Below are positions 39,292 to 49,613 of a stretch of 64,000 bases of DNA, piece by piece. Below the pieces are notes generated by a model, which had not been told where the DNA came from, made no database searches, and saw nothing but the letters and a program-made list of their open reading frames with translations. The DNA lies in contig JAGHZU010000003.1 in assembly GCA_017745235.1 (NCBI GenBank), positions 190,465-254,464 of the forward strand, read 5' to 3'. The position numbers were made by a program, and so were the translations under genes. Source of the DNA: Caulobacter sp. (GTDB lineage Bacteria > Pseudomonadota > Alphaproteobacteria > Caulobacterales > Caulobacteraceae). Every line of letters starts with the position of its first letter. Positions within the stretch are counted from its first letter, which is position 1.

Positions 39292-39668
39292 CAGATGACG
39301 GCCCCGCCGCCGAAGCTGAAGAATGACAGGAAGAAGCTCGAAGCCGCGAAGGCGATCGACAGGCCAAAGACGATCTGGATCAGCCGCCGGGTGCCGCCGG
39401 TGCTGTCGCCGAAGGCCAGGGCCAGGCCGGTCATGATGATGATGATGACCGCGATGATCTTGGCGACGGGGCCTTCGATCGACTCCAGAATCTTCTGCAG
39501 CGGCTCTTCCCAGGGCATGGACGAGCCGGCGGCGAAGGCCTGGGCGGAAATCAGGGTCGCGGCGGTGACGACGCCGGCAAAGACCCAGTTGCGAACACGC
39601 GGTAGCGGTCGCCGCGACGCCCGATGACTAGGCATGGGGGCGCGCGGTAGGGCAAGGCTCGTGGACAC
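39291..39668 (-). CDS. trbC: TrbC/VirB2 pilin
   Basis: AGSSMPWEEPLQKILESIEGPVAK...FSFGGGAVI. Confidence 0.92.
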   Translation of the reverse strand: MSTSLALPRAPMPSHRASRRPLPRVRNWVFAGVVTAATLISAQAFAAGSSMPWEEPLQKILESIEGPVAKIIAVIIIIMTGLALAFGDSTGGTRRLIQIVFGLSIAFAASSFFLSFFSFGGGAVI

Positions 39669-39712
39669 GAGGCCATTCTCCTTAGATGTCAGGGGTTTGG
39701 AGGGCTAAGTTC

Positions 39713-40666
39713 TCAGGCGGAGCTGAGCTGGTAGGCGCCGTCGGGCGCCTGGCCCTCCAGGCGGGCAAGGTCGATCAAACGTCTCTGTCGGCCTCGGCTG
39801 GACAGGACGGCGATCACGTCGATGGTTTCGGCGATGAGGCCGCGAGGAACGGTGACCACCGCTTCCTGGATCAGTTGCTCCAAGCGCAGCAGCGCGCCCA
39901 TCGCCGTACCGGCGTGAAGGGTGCCGATGCCGCCGGGGTGGCCCGTGCCCCAAGCCTTGATGAGGTCGAGGGCTTCCCCGCCCCTCACCTCGCCGATGAT
40001 GATCCGGTCAGGTCGCAGACGCAGAGTCGAGCGGACCAAGTCGGTCAGGGCGACCACGCCATCGACGGTGCGCATGGCCACGAGGTTTGGCGCGGCGCAC
40101 TGCAGCTCGCGCAGATCTTCGCACAGGATCACCCGATCGCCGCTCTCGGCGACCTTGGCCAGCAGCGCGTTGACCAGGGTGGTCTTGCCGCTCGAGGTCG
40201 GTCCGGCCACCAGGATGTTGCGGCGTTCACGCACGGCGCCGGCCAGCGCCTCCGCCTGTTCGGCGCTCATCACGCCGGTGCGGACATAGTCCTCGAGGGA
40301 AAAGATCTGCCGCGCGGGTTTGCGGATCGAGAAGGCCGGCGCGGCGACCAGGGGCGGCATCAGGCCCTCGAACCGCTCGCCGGTCCCGGGCAATTCGGCC
40401 GAAAGGCGCGGCCGCCCTGCGTGAACCTCCGCGTCCACATGGTGGGCGACGAGACGCAGGATCCGCTCGGCGTCGGCTGGCGCCACCGACAGTTCCGCGT
40501 CGATCAGGCCCGCGTCAAACCTGTCGAGCCAAACCCGGCCGTCCGGATTGACCATCAGTTCGGCGACGCCAGGATCGTCCAGGCGCGCCAGCAGCAGAGG
40601 CCCCAGCGCCGAGCGCAACATGCGCTGGCTCCGGGTCAGTTCAACAGTGGTGTCGGGCTGGTCCAT
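39713..40666 (-). CDS. trbB: TrbB/VirB11 ATPase
   Basis: GPTSSGKTT, RLRPDRIIIGEVRG and TGHPGG. Confidence 0.95.
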   Translation of the reverse strand: MDQPDTTVELTRSQRMLRSALGPLLLARLDDPGVAELMVNPDGRVWLDRFDAGLIDAELSVAPADAERILRLVAHHVDAEVHAGRPRLSAELPGTGERFEGLMPPLVAAPAFSIRKPARQIFSLEDYVRTGVMSAEQAEALAGAVRERRNILVAGPTSSGKTTLVNALLAKVAESGDRVILCEDLRELQCAAPNLVAMRTVDGVVALTDLVRSTLRLRPDRIIIGEVRGGEALDLIKAWGTGHPGGIGTLHAGTAMGALLRLEQLIQEAVVTVPRGLIAETIDVIAVLSSRGRQRRLIDLARLEGQAPDGAYQLSSA

Positions 40667-40908
40667 GTCGGTCCCCGTGGTTCACGAGGACGACTAAGAA
40701 GACCCGGTTCAGGCCGATCTCAACAGCGAATTGGAGATCGGAAACCATGGGAAAGACAAAGAACGATCTGCAATCGACGGCACCGCGTCGCGGCTCCGCC
40801 AACCCGTGGACGGCACGGGAATTAGAAATCCCGGAACAGCATCGTGCGGTGCGACCATGACCAAGCCGCGATCTTCGATGAGCAACACTCCCCTGCCCTC
40901 GATCATCG

Positions 40909-42813
40909 TTAGAAGCCGTGATGGCGAGCCAGGTCGTCATTGACGAAGGTGATCTGGGTTCGCTTCCGAACCAAATTGACGAGGCGCGCTTGCGGATCCA
41001 CGAGGTTGGGATCCATCGCCTGTTGCCAGTCGGCGCCGAATATCTGCGCCTTGATATAAAACGGCTTGGCAACGACCACGGCCTTAGCCGCTCGTCGCCG
41101 GGCCTTCAGTTGTGCCAAGGCCAGGGTAACTTGTTCCCGCGCAGGATATATCCGAACGATCCGACGAGGATCATCGCAGTCGCGCGCCGTGTAGTACGGT
41201 TCGGTCAGAAGCCAGTCGCCACGTCGATCGTCGCGCGGGGCAACTTTGGCTAGGGTCTCCCGATGGCGATCGACACCATAACGTGTCACGGCCCGATCGG
41301 CGACGATCGGCGCGCCCTGGTCGAAGCTCACCTCGTACCGCCCATCCGCTTGGCGCTTGATCGTTTCGATCTTTCCCTGGCGGTAAGTCACGCAAGGCAG
41401 GGTGCGCAGCAGCCGCATCGTCCAAACATTGTAGGGCGAGAGCTGGCGCGTGTAGGGCGTCGGCGTCAGGCCATTCAGGATTACCTTTATGCTCTGGCGC
41501 ATATGCGGCCGCAGCATCGCCACCGTGGCCGGCAGCCCATAGGCCATCTTGCCCATAGCCAGGCTGATGCGATCATCGATGAACCTGTCGACTGCGGCGC
41601 GCACCTTCAACTGCGTCGCCAGGGGCAGCGCCAAAACGAAGTCCTCGCGTTCGCTCCAAGTCAGCTTAGTCAATGGTCGATCTGGGAAATGACGCAGAAG
41701 GTATGGCCTCAGGGCCGCGTCGAGCGCCATGAAGATGGGCCGGTCCTTGGCGCCGGCTTGTCGCCACCAAGTCGAACGCCCCAAGGCTTCAAAGTGGGAC
41801 CAGATGTCCAACCACCAGCAGATCTCGGACAGGATCTCGGTTGCGTAGCGCTCGACCTCCTGGCTCCGGACAATATGCTCGAGACGTGCGCCAATCAGGA
41901 GTTGGTCGATAACTAGATCGAGGTCGCGAAACTGCGGCCAGAGCGCTTTTATCTCGTCATGACGAAAATCCTGGACCGCATAATGCAGGGCTTCGACGAC
42001 GCCGCTATCGCCGCAACCCGAGATCACCACAGTCGCATCGTCGGGTAGGTTTTCGTAGAGAAGCCGATGACCTGACTCCCAGTAGCTGTAATCGACCAAG
42101 CCCTCAGGGTTGGTCTCTTCGCCAAAACCGGTGGCGTCGATCACGACGTCTACGACAATGGGATCGGGGCTGCCTCTACTCGGCATATCGATGTGGAGCT
42201 TGTCGCCTTCGCGAACAACGGACTTCGGTGCGATGTCCATTTTCTGGAAGACAAAGATGGGTAGGTCAGCGGCCAGACGGTTGAACTCGCTCTCCCACTG
42301 GCTGGCGACTTCATTGGCCCAATCGGCCGTCCACTCGAAAACCGGAACCTTAGCGTGGGCCGTAGACCAGGCCGGATCAAAGCGGCGGCCCAAGGCGCGG
42401 GAATTGAGGGCGGGCGAGAGATAGCGATGAGCCTTATCGCGAAACCGCGATAGCAATCTGTCGCCCTTTTCGAAGATATAGACGATCGCTTCGCTACTGG
42501 CGGCCAATTCTACCGCCAGGGTCAGGCCGGAAAACGAACCGCCAACGATGGCGACAACGTCGCCGGCCTTGACCTTGCCGGCGTGACCCAGGGCCCAGGC
42601 CAAGTTGGTGCTGCGAATTTGCTGGTGGACGATCGAGATGTTCTCTCGCGCGCCGCCGATGACGGAGTACACCCCGTCGGTATCGGCGCAGGCAGCCTCG
42701 GCTAGGATTTCAGCCGCGTGGCCGTCAAGCACGACGCGCTGAGCGGCATCAGGCTTGGGAATTGATCGTGATTTCCGCCGCATGCAGGCCAACCTACGCA
42801 GGAACTTAAACAA
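40909..42813 (-). CDS. FAD/NAD(P)-binding Rossmann-fold protein of unknown function
   Basis: VAIVGGSFSG...FEK, VIDATGFG and a second VVISGCGDSG motif. Confidence 0.65.
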   Translation of the reverse strand: MFKFLRRLACMRRKSRSIPKPDAAQRVVLDGHAAEILAEAACADTDGVYSVIGGARENISIVHQQIRSTNLAWALGHAGKVKAGDVVAIVGGSFSGLTLAVELAASSEAIVYIFEKGDRLLSRFRDKAHRYLSPALNSRALGRRFDPAWSTAHAKVPVFEWTADWANEVASQWESEFNRLAADLPIFVFQKMDIAPKSVVREGDKLHIDMPSRGSPDPIVVDVVIDATGFGEETNPEGLVDYSYWESGHRLLYENLPDDATVVISGCGDSGVVEALHYAVQDFRHDEIKALWPQFRDLDLVIDQLLIGARLEHIVRSQEVERYATEILSEICWWLDIWSHFEALGRSTWWRQAGAKDRPIFMALDAALRPYLLRHFPDRPLTKLTWSEREDFVLALPLATQLKVRAAVDRFIDDRISLAMGKMAYGLPATVAMLRPHMRQSIKVILNGLTPTPYTRQLSPYNVWTMRLLRTLPCVTYRQGKIETIKRQADGRYEVSFDQGAPIVADRAVTRYGVDRHRETLAKVAPRDDRRGDWLLTEPYYTARDCDDPRRIVRIYPAREQVTLALAQLKARRRAAKAVVVAKPFYIKAQIFGADWQQAMDPNLVDPQARLVNLVRKRTQITFVNDDLARHHGF

Positions 42814-42832
42814 CGGACGGCCCCCTGGGGCG

Positions 42833-43273
42833 TTATCGGCGATAGATCTTGCCGTCGATCCCCGTGCCGACAGGCGGCGTGGGGAAGGGCAAGATCAGCA
42901 CCCGGCGATAATTGATCCTCGGATCGACACGACGAAACAGCCGCAAGAGCCTGAGCAGGCCCGGTCGCGGGCTATTCCAACGCATTGCGCGCAACTGGCT
43001 GACCGGCTTGAAAATGCCGCGCCCTCCCTGCAGCCGGTCCAGGATCACCAAAAGGAGATCGAAATAGGCATATGAGAACGTCGCGTCATTGGGACGCCGA
43101 TCAAACGTAACCGCGACGTAGCGCGGCGCGCCGCGCCGCCGCGCCAAAAGCTCCTGCATCGGCGGGCGGTCAGCAATCTCCGCCTCGATTGCGTCGATGA
43201 AGTCTCGCTGGGTGCGATGGGCGAACACCTGGCGCAGCTCGTCGAAGACCTCAGCGAAATCCTCGTCATCCAT
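42833..43273 (-). CDS. Hypothetical protein
   Basis: 146-aa ORF co-oriented within the insert. Confidence 0.45.
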   Translation of the reverse strand: MDDEDFAEVFDELRQVFAHRTQRDFIDAIEAEIADRPPMQELLARRRGAPRYVAVTFDRRPNDATFSYAYFDLLLVILDRLQGGRGIFKPVSQLRAMRWNSPRPGLLRLLRLFRRVDPRINYRRVLILPFPTPPVGTGIDGKIYRR

Positions 43274-43385
43274 TCAGAGGCTCCCGTCCCGCGCATTGAC
43301 CTCAATGCTCAAGCTTAGAAGTAAAGATTGCATGGATGAGAAGATTCAACCAGTGATAGCGCACCCCGTAGTCGAGGTTATGGGA

Positions 43386-44738
43386 TCAGCTTCGAGGCGG
43401 CGCGGACACCGGGCGCCGTTCCAATGGAGCGCGTGCGCGTAGAACTTGAGCCGCGATCTTCAAGAATGGCTCCAGGCGCTCGATCGAGACCGGGGTGTGA
43501 TAGAGCGGACATCCCTCGTCACTGGCCAATTTGAAACCAACGCGGCACGGCGGTTTGAGATTCTCAAGACGCTGATAGGCCTTCGCCCCGTCCTGGTGCC
43601 TGACGCCCCTTGACGAAAATCGGCCCCAATAGGTGTCGATGGCGCCGGGACGGTTCATGAACTTGAAGCTGTCACTCCGGCTAAAGCGATCGCAATCGGC
43701 GCTGCAAGTCAGCTGAAGATCGTCTTGAATCGCGCCCAAAATTGGAGACATCAGGTAGTCGATCGCTTTACCCGGAAGCGCGTCTCCGGCCTCGTTTGCC
43801 AGCGTAACTTGAAGCATCAACGGGATGACCGCAGGGTCGAACACCCTGACTGTGGCCAGCACGAGGTAGGCCAGGGTTGAAATGATGGGTTCCGAATTGG
43901 CGCCGGACCTCTTCATGCGAACATACAGGTAGAGCAGATTGAAGAAGGCGTACTGGCAGGTCTCGTAGATTTGTTGTGGCTCGAGTCCGCCACACCAAGG
44001 CCGCTCGTCGATATTGCCATGCGCAAATTCGTTGGCGATCAACGCCACCCGCTCCATGACCCCGATATCGAGCGTGTCGCGTTCCGTCCAAATTCTGCGT
44101 AGCCGTTCGATTGAGCTGTATTCGATGAGGCTCCAGAAGCGTTCCCGGATGGCCTCAAGATAGCCGGCCGAGCTTAGGCCTCCCTCGAACAGACGCAGCA
44201 CCGTGGCTGGCTGTTGCGCAAGAATTCGCTCGAGCGAAGCGCGGTCCCATAGGAGGATCTGCGGTTTTTGAAAACGGGCTTGCCAGTCACGCACCCAGTC
44301 ACGTGTCGGGTTCGAAAAGGTCGTGTTGGTGGCGATGACCAAGCAGTCCACGCTGGCGTGGGCCAGTACGTTGTTGCAGGCTGAGGTAACCGCGTCCTTC
44401 TCGACCGTCCCGCCCCGCCCCTTGCATTCGATCCACCATTTCCGCGGTGCGATCTGCCCCGCCGCATCGGGTACATAGAACCGTGCTTCCAGATCGCGAC
44501 CTCCGTCCGACGCACCGGCTCCAGCACCGCCAATTCTCCATTCCACGTCTCGGGCACCCATCCCGTCCAGCAGCCAGAACAAGCACTCTTCGAGGTCTTT
44601 CCCCTTCAGTTTGTCGAAGGGGATTTCCGTTGGAAGAAGCCATCGATCGTCCGTCGGGTCGCTCAAGCTAGACGTCCACGACCGGTGTGTTTGTCCTGTC
44701 CTGATGCTGCAGGAGATAGAGACTAACGGCCGCCGCAA
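43386..44738 (-). CDS. Mrr-like PD-(D/E)XK restriction endonuclease domain protein (real start may be TTG 44666)
   Basis: LEECLFWLL...SDGGRDLEA...WIECKG...IATN...LWDR. Confidence 0.8.
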   Translation of the reverse strand: MRRPLVSISCSIRTGQTHRSWTSSLSDPTDDRWLLPTEIPFDKLKGKDLEECLFWLLDGMGARDVEWRIGGAGAGASDGGRDLEARFYVPDAAGQIAPRKWWIECKGRGGTVEKDAVTSACNNVLAHASVDCLVIATNTTFSNPTRDWVRDWQARFQKPQILLWDRASLERILAQQPATVLRLFEGGLSSAGYLEAIRERFWSLIEYSSIERLRRIWTERDTLDIGVMERVALIANEFAHGNIDERPWCGGLEPQQIYETCQYAFFNLLYLYVRMKRSGANSEPIISTLAYLVLATVRVFDPAVIPLMLQVTLANEAGDALPGKAIDYLMSPILGAIQDDLQLTCSADCDRFSRSDSFKFMNRPGAIDTYWGRFSSRGVRHQDGAKAYQRLENLKPPCRVGFKLASDEGCPLYHTPVSIERLEPFLKIAAQVLRARAPLERRPVSAPPRS

Positions 44739-45492
44739 CGGTCACCACCAACTGGGCTTCCTCGAACCTTGGCTCACGTCCTTCCCGAAGATGCCGCCCC
44801 TGCTCGGAGGCAAACCCCCAGAGTTGGTGCAACGCGCCGTCAAGCGGCGGCGGCAGAGGCAGGAGCTTTATCAACTTCCCTAGCGTCTCGTTCGATCCGC
44901 CGACTGTCCTTGCCACGCACTCCAGCGCCGCCATCGCGTGCTGTATGGCACCCGTGATGTCCGCCACGGGGCGGCGGGAGATGTCGGTAAGCGCCTCGTG
45001 AATCTCCTGAGCCGCTGTGGGCGCGCCCGCCGCTCGCATGGTGTCGGCAGCATCACGCGTGGCGAGTTCAAAGACTTCCGATCCTCGTACCACGATGACC
45101 CCAAGGCTCATCTTCCAGCCGACGCCATTTTCCTGGAGCAGCTGGTTGAGATCTCGCTCGAAGGCTTCGGATTTTACTTGCTCCCAGTCTCCCTTTCCGA
45201 CCTCAACGTGGAGACGCTCCGCCAGGTCGTAGATTTTGTACCAAGGCGCGTTGTCGACCAACTGATCGACCTCACGCTCAATATTTCCTGGCGACCAGTT
45301 GTTAGGGTCGGGTCGTTTGAGCAGCACCGCGCAGATAACCTCGCGCAACGTACCCGGTCCAAGACCAAGCCCATATGCCAAGGCGACAACGCCGGCGCGC
45401 ACGGCGTCAGGCGCATCTTCCCGGATGGTAATTTCGCGCGCCGCCGCGCGATAGCCGAAACGGGATGAGAAGGGAGATCCGTGTTTGCTCAT
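44668..45492 (-). CDS. AbiJ-related abortive infection protein
   Basis: FSSRFGY...ITIREDAP N-terminus (AbiJ NTD-like); helical C-domain with AMAALECVAR...LWGFASE..RH (HEPN-like). Confidence 0.72.
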   Translation of the reverse strand: MSKHGSPFSSRFGYRAAAREITIREDAPDAVRAGVVALAYGLGLGPGTLREVICAVLLKRPDPNNWSPGNIEREVDQLVDNAPWYKIYDLAERLHVEVGKGDWEQVKSEAFERDLNQLLQENGVGWKMSLGVIVVRGSEVFELATRDAADTMRAAGAPTAAQEIHEALTDISRRPVADITGAIQHAMAALECVARTVGGSNETLGKLIKLLPLPPPLDGALHQLWGFASEQGRHLREGREPRFEEAQLVVTVAAAVSLYLLQHQDRTNTPVVDV

Positions 45493-45510
45493 CGCTAAAC
45501 TATAGCATGT

Positions 45511-45915
45511 CTAAGGCTCCCGATCCGCCAGGACCTCGGCACGAAGCAGCCGCCCCTCAGAAAGACGCCGTGCCAACAGATCGACAAACGCGGTGTAACG
45601 CTCCTGCCCCTTGGCTGCGGCCGCGCGATCTTCGGCGGATGACATCGCCGGCGTCACTTTGAGCCAGGTCTTCACGTGAAGCGCCCCTACTTCCATGACG
45701 ATCGTCAGGTCGCGTTCGATGCGGTCCAGCTGGCGCGACAGGCGATCCAGCCGACGCGTCAGCGCCGCTTCTGCTGCCTCGGCGGAGTCGGGAGACAAGT
45801 ACGACTCTATCGCGGCGCGGGCGATCTCCGACTTGCCCCGTCCCGAGCGCTCGGACAGGGCGTCCAGCTTGCGGATGGTGTCGGCGGGCAGGAAGACCTT
45901 GGTGGGGATCTTCAT
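45511..45915 (-). CDS. CopG/ribbon-helix-helix protein
   Basis: KSEIARAAIESYLSPD...RRLDRLSRQLDRIERD...FVDLLARRL, downstream of traG. Confidence 0.85.
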   Translation of the reverse strand: MKIPTKVFLPADTIRKLDALSERSGRGKSEIARAAIESYLSPDSAEAAEAALTRRLDRLSRQLDRIERDLTIVMEVGALHVKTWLKVTPAMSSAEDRAAAAKGQERYTAFVDLLARRLSEGRLLRAEVLADREP

Positions 45916-47882
45916 GAGTCACCGCCCAGGGGAATGCCGTCGTCCTGGTCCATGGCGGTCTGGCGCGCTACGCTGGCGAACCGCCGCTGCATCTCCCGCC
46001 CTTGCTGAAGCTCGTCACCGTCGCCCTCGGCCTCCAGATCGACCAGGTCCACAATCGGGTCGGCTGGTCTGTGCTCATGGCCCGCCAGCTCAGGCTCGTG
46101 CTTCAACCCGCCATCGTCGGCGCCAGATTTCGGCGCGGGCGTAGCCGTCGCCGAAGACGCCGCCACGGTCGCCCATGCGGATGTATCGTTGACCAGGGGG
46201 CGCCGTTCGATGCCGCCGACTGGCCGTAGCCGTCCGGCGAGCCGAACGTCGGCGTAGTAGCGTATCTTGCGCGCTCGAATGGGCGGCGCACCGGTGACAA
46301 GGATGATGGCGTCCTGCGGCGGAAGCTGCATGATCTCGCCCGGCGTCAGCAATGCCCGCGCCGTTTCCTGGCGCGAAACCATCAAATGTCCGAGCCAAGG
46401 TGACAGCCTGTGGCCCGCGTAATTCTTCATCGCCCTCATCTCTGTGGCGGTACCTAGACTGTCGCTGATGCGGCGCGCCGTGCGCTCATCGTTGGTCGCG
46501 AACGCCACGCGGATGTGACAGTTGTCCAAAATAGCGTTGTTGGGCCCGTAGGCTTTTTCGACCTGGTTCAGCGACTGGGCTATTAAAAACGCCCGGATTT
46601 TGTAGCCCGCCATAACCGCTAGCGAGGCTTCGAAGAAGTCGAGGCGCCCCAACGCCGGAAACTCGTCGAGCATTAGCAGCAGTGGCCGCCGCGAGTGCGA
46701 CGCCTCCAGGCCCTCGGTCAGTCGCCGGCCAATCTGATTGAGGATCAGGCGGATCAGCGGCTTGGTCCGGCTGATGTCCGAAGGCGGCACCACAAGATAG
46801 AGGCTGACCGGCTTGTCGGCCTCGACCAAGTCGGTAATGCGCCAGTCGCAGCGTGACGTCACAGCCGCGACGACCGGATCCCGATAGAGACCCAGGAAGC
46901 TCATCGCGGTTGAGAGCACCCCACTGCGTTCGTTGTCGCTTTTGTTCAGCAGCTCCCGGGCTGCGCTGGCGACGACAGGGTGAACCCGGTCCCCGAGGTG
47001 GCGTGTCGCCATCATCACGCGCAGCGTCGCCTCGATCGATCGGGCCGGGTCCGCGAGGAAGTTGGCGACACCGGCCAGGGTCTTGTCGGGCTCGGCGTAA
47101 AGCACGTGAAGGATGACCCCAACGAGGAGACTGTGAGACGTTTTCTCCCAGTGATTTCGGCGCTCCAGCGCCCCCTCTGGATCTACTAAAATGTCGGCCA
47201 CGTTCTGCACGTCGCGGACCTCGGTCGGGCCAGGACGAACCTCGAGCAACGGATTGTAGGCGCTGCTCTCGGCGTCGGTCGGATTGAAAAGAAGAACGTG
47301 GCTGAACGTGGCCCGAGCGCCGGCGGTCAGTTGCCAGTTCTCGCCCTTGATGTCGTGGATCACCGCCGAGCCCGACCAAACCAACAAGGTCGGCACGACC
47401 AGACCCACGCCCTTGCCGCTTCGCGTCGGGGCAAAGCACAGGACGTGCTCTGGCCCATCATGCCTCAGATACGCTTCGCCAATCCGCCCCAGCATCACGC
47501 CGTCGTCTCCCAGCAGACCGGCGGCTTTGATCTCGGCCGGCTCGGCCCATCGCGCTGAGCCGTAGGTCGTCACGCTTTTGGCTTCGCGCGCGCGCCAGAT
47601 CGACATGCCGATCGCAGCGCCAACGCCAGTGAGCGCGCCGCCCGCCGCGATGAAGGCGCCACGCGCGAAGATCAGCGGCGCATAGGCATCGTAGACAAAC
47701 CACCAAAAGAAAAAGGCCGGTGGCGGATAGAGACGCCATGAGCCGAGCATCAACCAGGGCGGCCCGAGGCCTCCCTGATAGTCCAGCTGCCATGCCGTCC
47801 ACTGCGTCGCACCCCATACGCCGCCAAGCGTCAGGGCCACGACGACCAGGATTTGGCCCCACAGGATTTTCGTGCCGCTCAT
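45912..47882 (-). CDS. traG: TraG/VirD4 coupling protein
   Basis: HVLCFAPTRSGKGVG, DIKGE and LLMLDEFPALG. Confidence 0.95.
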   Translation of the reverse strand: MSGTKILWGQILVVVALTLGGVWGATQWTAWQLDYQGGLGPPWLMLGSWRLYPPPAFFFWWFVYDAYAPLIFARGAFIAAGGALTGVGAAIGMSIWRAREAKSVTTYGSARWAEPAEIKAAGLLGDDGVMLGRIGEAYLRHDGPEHVLCFAPTRSGKGVGLVVPTLLVWSGSAVIHDIKGENWQLTAGARATFSHVLLFNPTDAESSAYNPLLEVRPGPTEVRDVQNVADILVDPEGALERRNHWEKTSHSLLVGVILHVLYAEPDKTLAGVANFLADPARSIEATLRVMMATRHLGDRVHPVVASAARELLNKSDNERSGVLSTAMSFLGLYRDPVVAAVTSRCDWRITDLVEADKPVSLYLVVPPSDISRTKPLIRLILNQIGRRLTEGLEASHSRRPLLLMLDEFPALGRLDFFEASLAVMAGYKIRAFLIAQSLNQVEKAYGPNNAILDNCHIRVAFATNDERTARRISDSLGTATEMRAMKNYAGHRLSPWLGHLMVSRQETARALLTPGEIMQLPPQDAIILVTGAPPIRARKIRYYADVRLAGRLRPVGGIERRPLVNDTSAWATVAASSATATPAPKSGADDGGLKHEPELAGHEHRPADPIVDLVDLEAEGDGDELQQGREMQRRFASVARQTAMDQDDGIPLGGDS

Positions 47883-47894
47883 GGTTCTGCGCCT

Positions 47895-49613
47895 CTAGAG
47901 TCCAAGCCCGCGCTTCTTGCCGAAAGACCAATCCACCCCGCTGTTGGTGATCGTGCCGCTGACCTCCTGGCCGAGCCGCGACTCCAGCGACCGGGTCCAC
48001 GGCACGAGTTGAAATCCCAGGCCGTCGTCGATCATGGCGAAGCGGCCGGAGGCGAGATCAAGGCGGCGGGCGTAAAGGCCCGACACCTGGTCCCCCTCCC
48101 CCCCGGTCACGACGGCCTTGCCACTGGCGGCGAGCTTGGCTTTCACCTGGTCGAGTTCGTAATCCCGCAGCTTGGCGATCAGCTTGCGCGCCGGCTGGAA
48201 CTTGCCGTCGCGGGTTTCACCCAGACCAGCGCTCCCCAGGTAGTCGCGGCGACGATCGAGGGCGTCATGCACCTCGGCGCCGAACCCGTGCTGCGCCAGC
48301 GCGGTCGGCTCGGCGACGACGAGTTGACGGTCCAGCCAGGTCGCGCCCTTGGCGCTGACCTGGGCGGTGATCGACAGATCGGAGCGATGCAACAGGCTCA
48401 AACTGCTCACGCCGTCGGCGTCCACCGTCGATCGGACCTCGACGAGGCCGCCGACTGGCGTGTCGCCGGAGGCGGCGAGATCGCGGAACCGAAAATGGTG
48501 CAGGCGACCATCGACGCCGTCGACGATGACATAGGCCTGGCCGTTGAGCTCGTCGTGCAGGCCTCGGTCCGCGACCCGACCGGTGACCGGCGCCTCCAGC
48601 GTCTCGCCTTCGATCACCATGCTGGCCGGATCTCGATCGATCCCACCCTGCGCCTGATGCAGGGTCTTGATGATGTCGCCGCGCAGGGCGATCTCGCGAA
48701 GCCTGGCTTCAAGATCCTTCGCCACGCGCCAACGGCCGGACGACACCTCCTCGGCCAAGCCATAGCGCTGGAGGACTTGGGCTCGGCCGATCAGACGACG
48801 CCGCTCCTCCGTGTCATTGCGGCCAGAGGGCCGAAGATCGACGTGACCGCTGCTCGGCTCGATCCTGTCGCGCAGGCGTCGGTCCAGACCCGTCCAACGC
48901 TCGGCCTCGACCTCTCGATCGGCGGCCGCGGCGATCTCCAGCGCCGAACGCGGCCCCAACTCCTGGGTGACCAATTGCTTGGCCCGCTCGCGCAGACCAT
49001 GGGCCATATAGTCCCGGTCGATCACCAGGTCGCGCCCGTCGTCAGCGACGCCGCGTACCAGCAGATGGACGTGCGGATTGTCGGTGTTCCAATGGTCCAC
49101 GGCGATCCAGTCGAGGCGCGTGCCCAGATCCTTTTCCATTTGCGCCACAAGATCGCGCGTGGTGGCGCGAAGGTCGGTCAGCTGGGCGGCGTCCTCGGGC
49201 GAGACGATGAAGCGGAAATGATGCCGGTCAGGCTCGGCGCGCTTGGCGAAGCTGTCATGATCGGCGACCCCGTCACGATCGAAGGCCTCTCCGGCGCGAC
49301 CATCGCGCCCAGCGCCCCCTCTGCGCAGGTAGTAGAGATGGGCGCCAAGACCGGCCGCCCGGAACCGCTGGCCGCGATGGCGGATGACCCGCCCCTTGAC
49401 GACGACCTGCCGCTGGCCTTGTGAGCGCGGGATGGAACGGCCCCGGCCGAAGGATCGGACGCTGCGGCGCGGCCCCAAGTCCATGCTCCCAAGCCCCGCT
49501 TTTCGGGCCGCTGCGGCGACCTCGGACGCGAAACTGCGGACCTTGCTCGCAGCGTTGCCGCCGCGATCGCGGATGCGACCTACCTTGGGCTCAAAATCGT
49601 CGTCACGCCGCAT
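47895..49613 (-). CDS. VirD2/RlxS-type relaxase with DUF3363
   Basis: HLYYLRR motif I, HHFRFIVSPED and VDHWNTDNPHVHLLVRG (3H motif). Confidence 0.92.
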   Translation of the reverse strand: MRRDDDFEPKVGRIRDRGGNAASKVRSFASEVAAAARKAGLGSMDLGPRRSVRSFGRGRSIPRSQGQRQVVVKGRVIRHRGQRFRAAGLGAHLYYLRRGGAGRDGRAGEAFDRDGVADHDSFAKRAEPDRHHFRFIVSPEDAAQLTDLRATTRDLVAQMEKDLGTRLDWIAVDHWNTDNPHVHLLVRGVADDGRDLVIDRDYMAHGLRERAKQLVTQELGPRSALEIAAAADREVEAERWTGLDRRLRDRIEPSSGHVDLRPSGRNDTEERRRLIGRAQVLQRYGLAEEVSSGRWRVAKDLEARLREIALRGDIIKTLHQAQGGIDRDPASMVIEGETLEAPVTGRVADRGLHDELNGQAYVIVDGVDGRLHHFRFRDLAASGDTPVGGLVEVRSTVDADGVSSLSLLHRSDLSITAQVSAKGATWLDRQLVVAEPTALAQHGFGAEVHDALDRRRDYLGSAGLGETRDGKFQPARKLIAKLRDYELDQVKAKLAASGKAVVTGGEGDQVSGLYARRLDLASGRFAMIDDGLGFQLVPWTRSLESRLGQEVSGTITNSGVDWSFGKKRGLGL

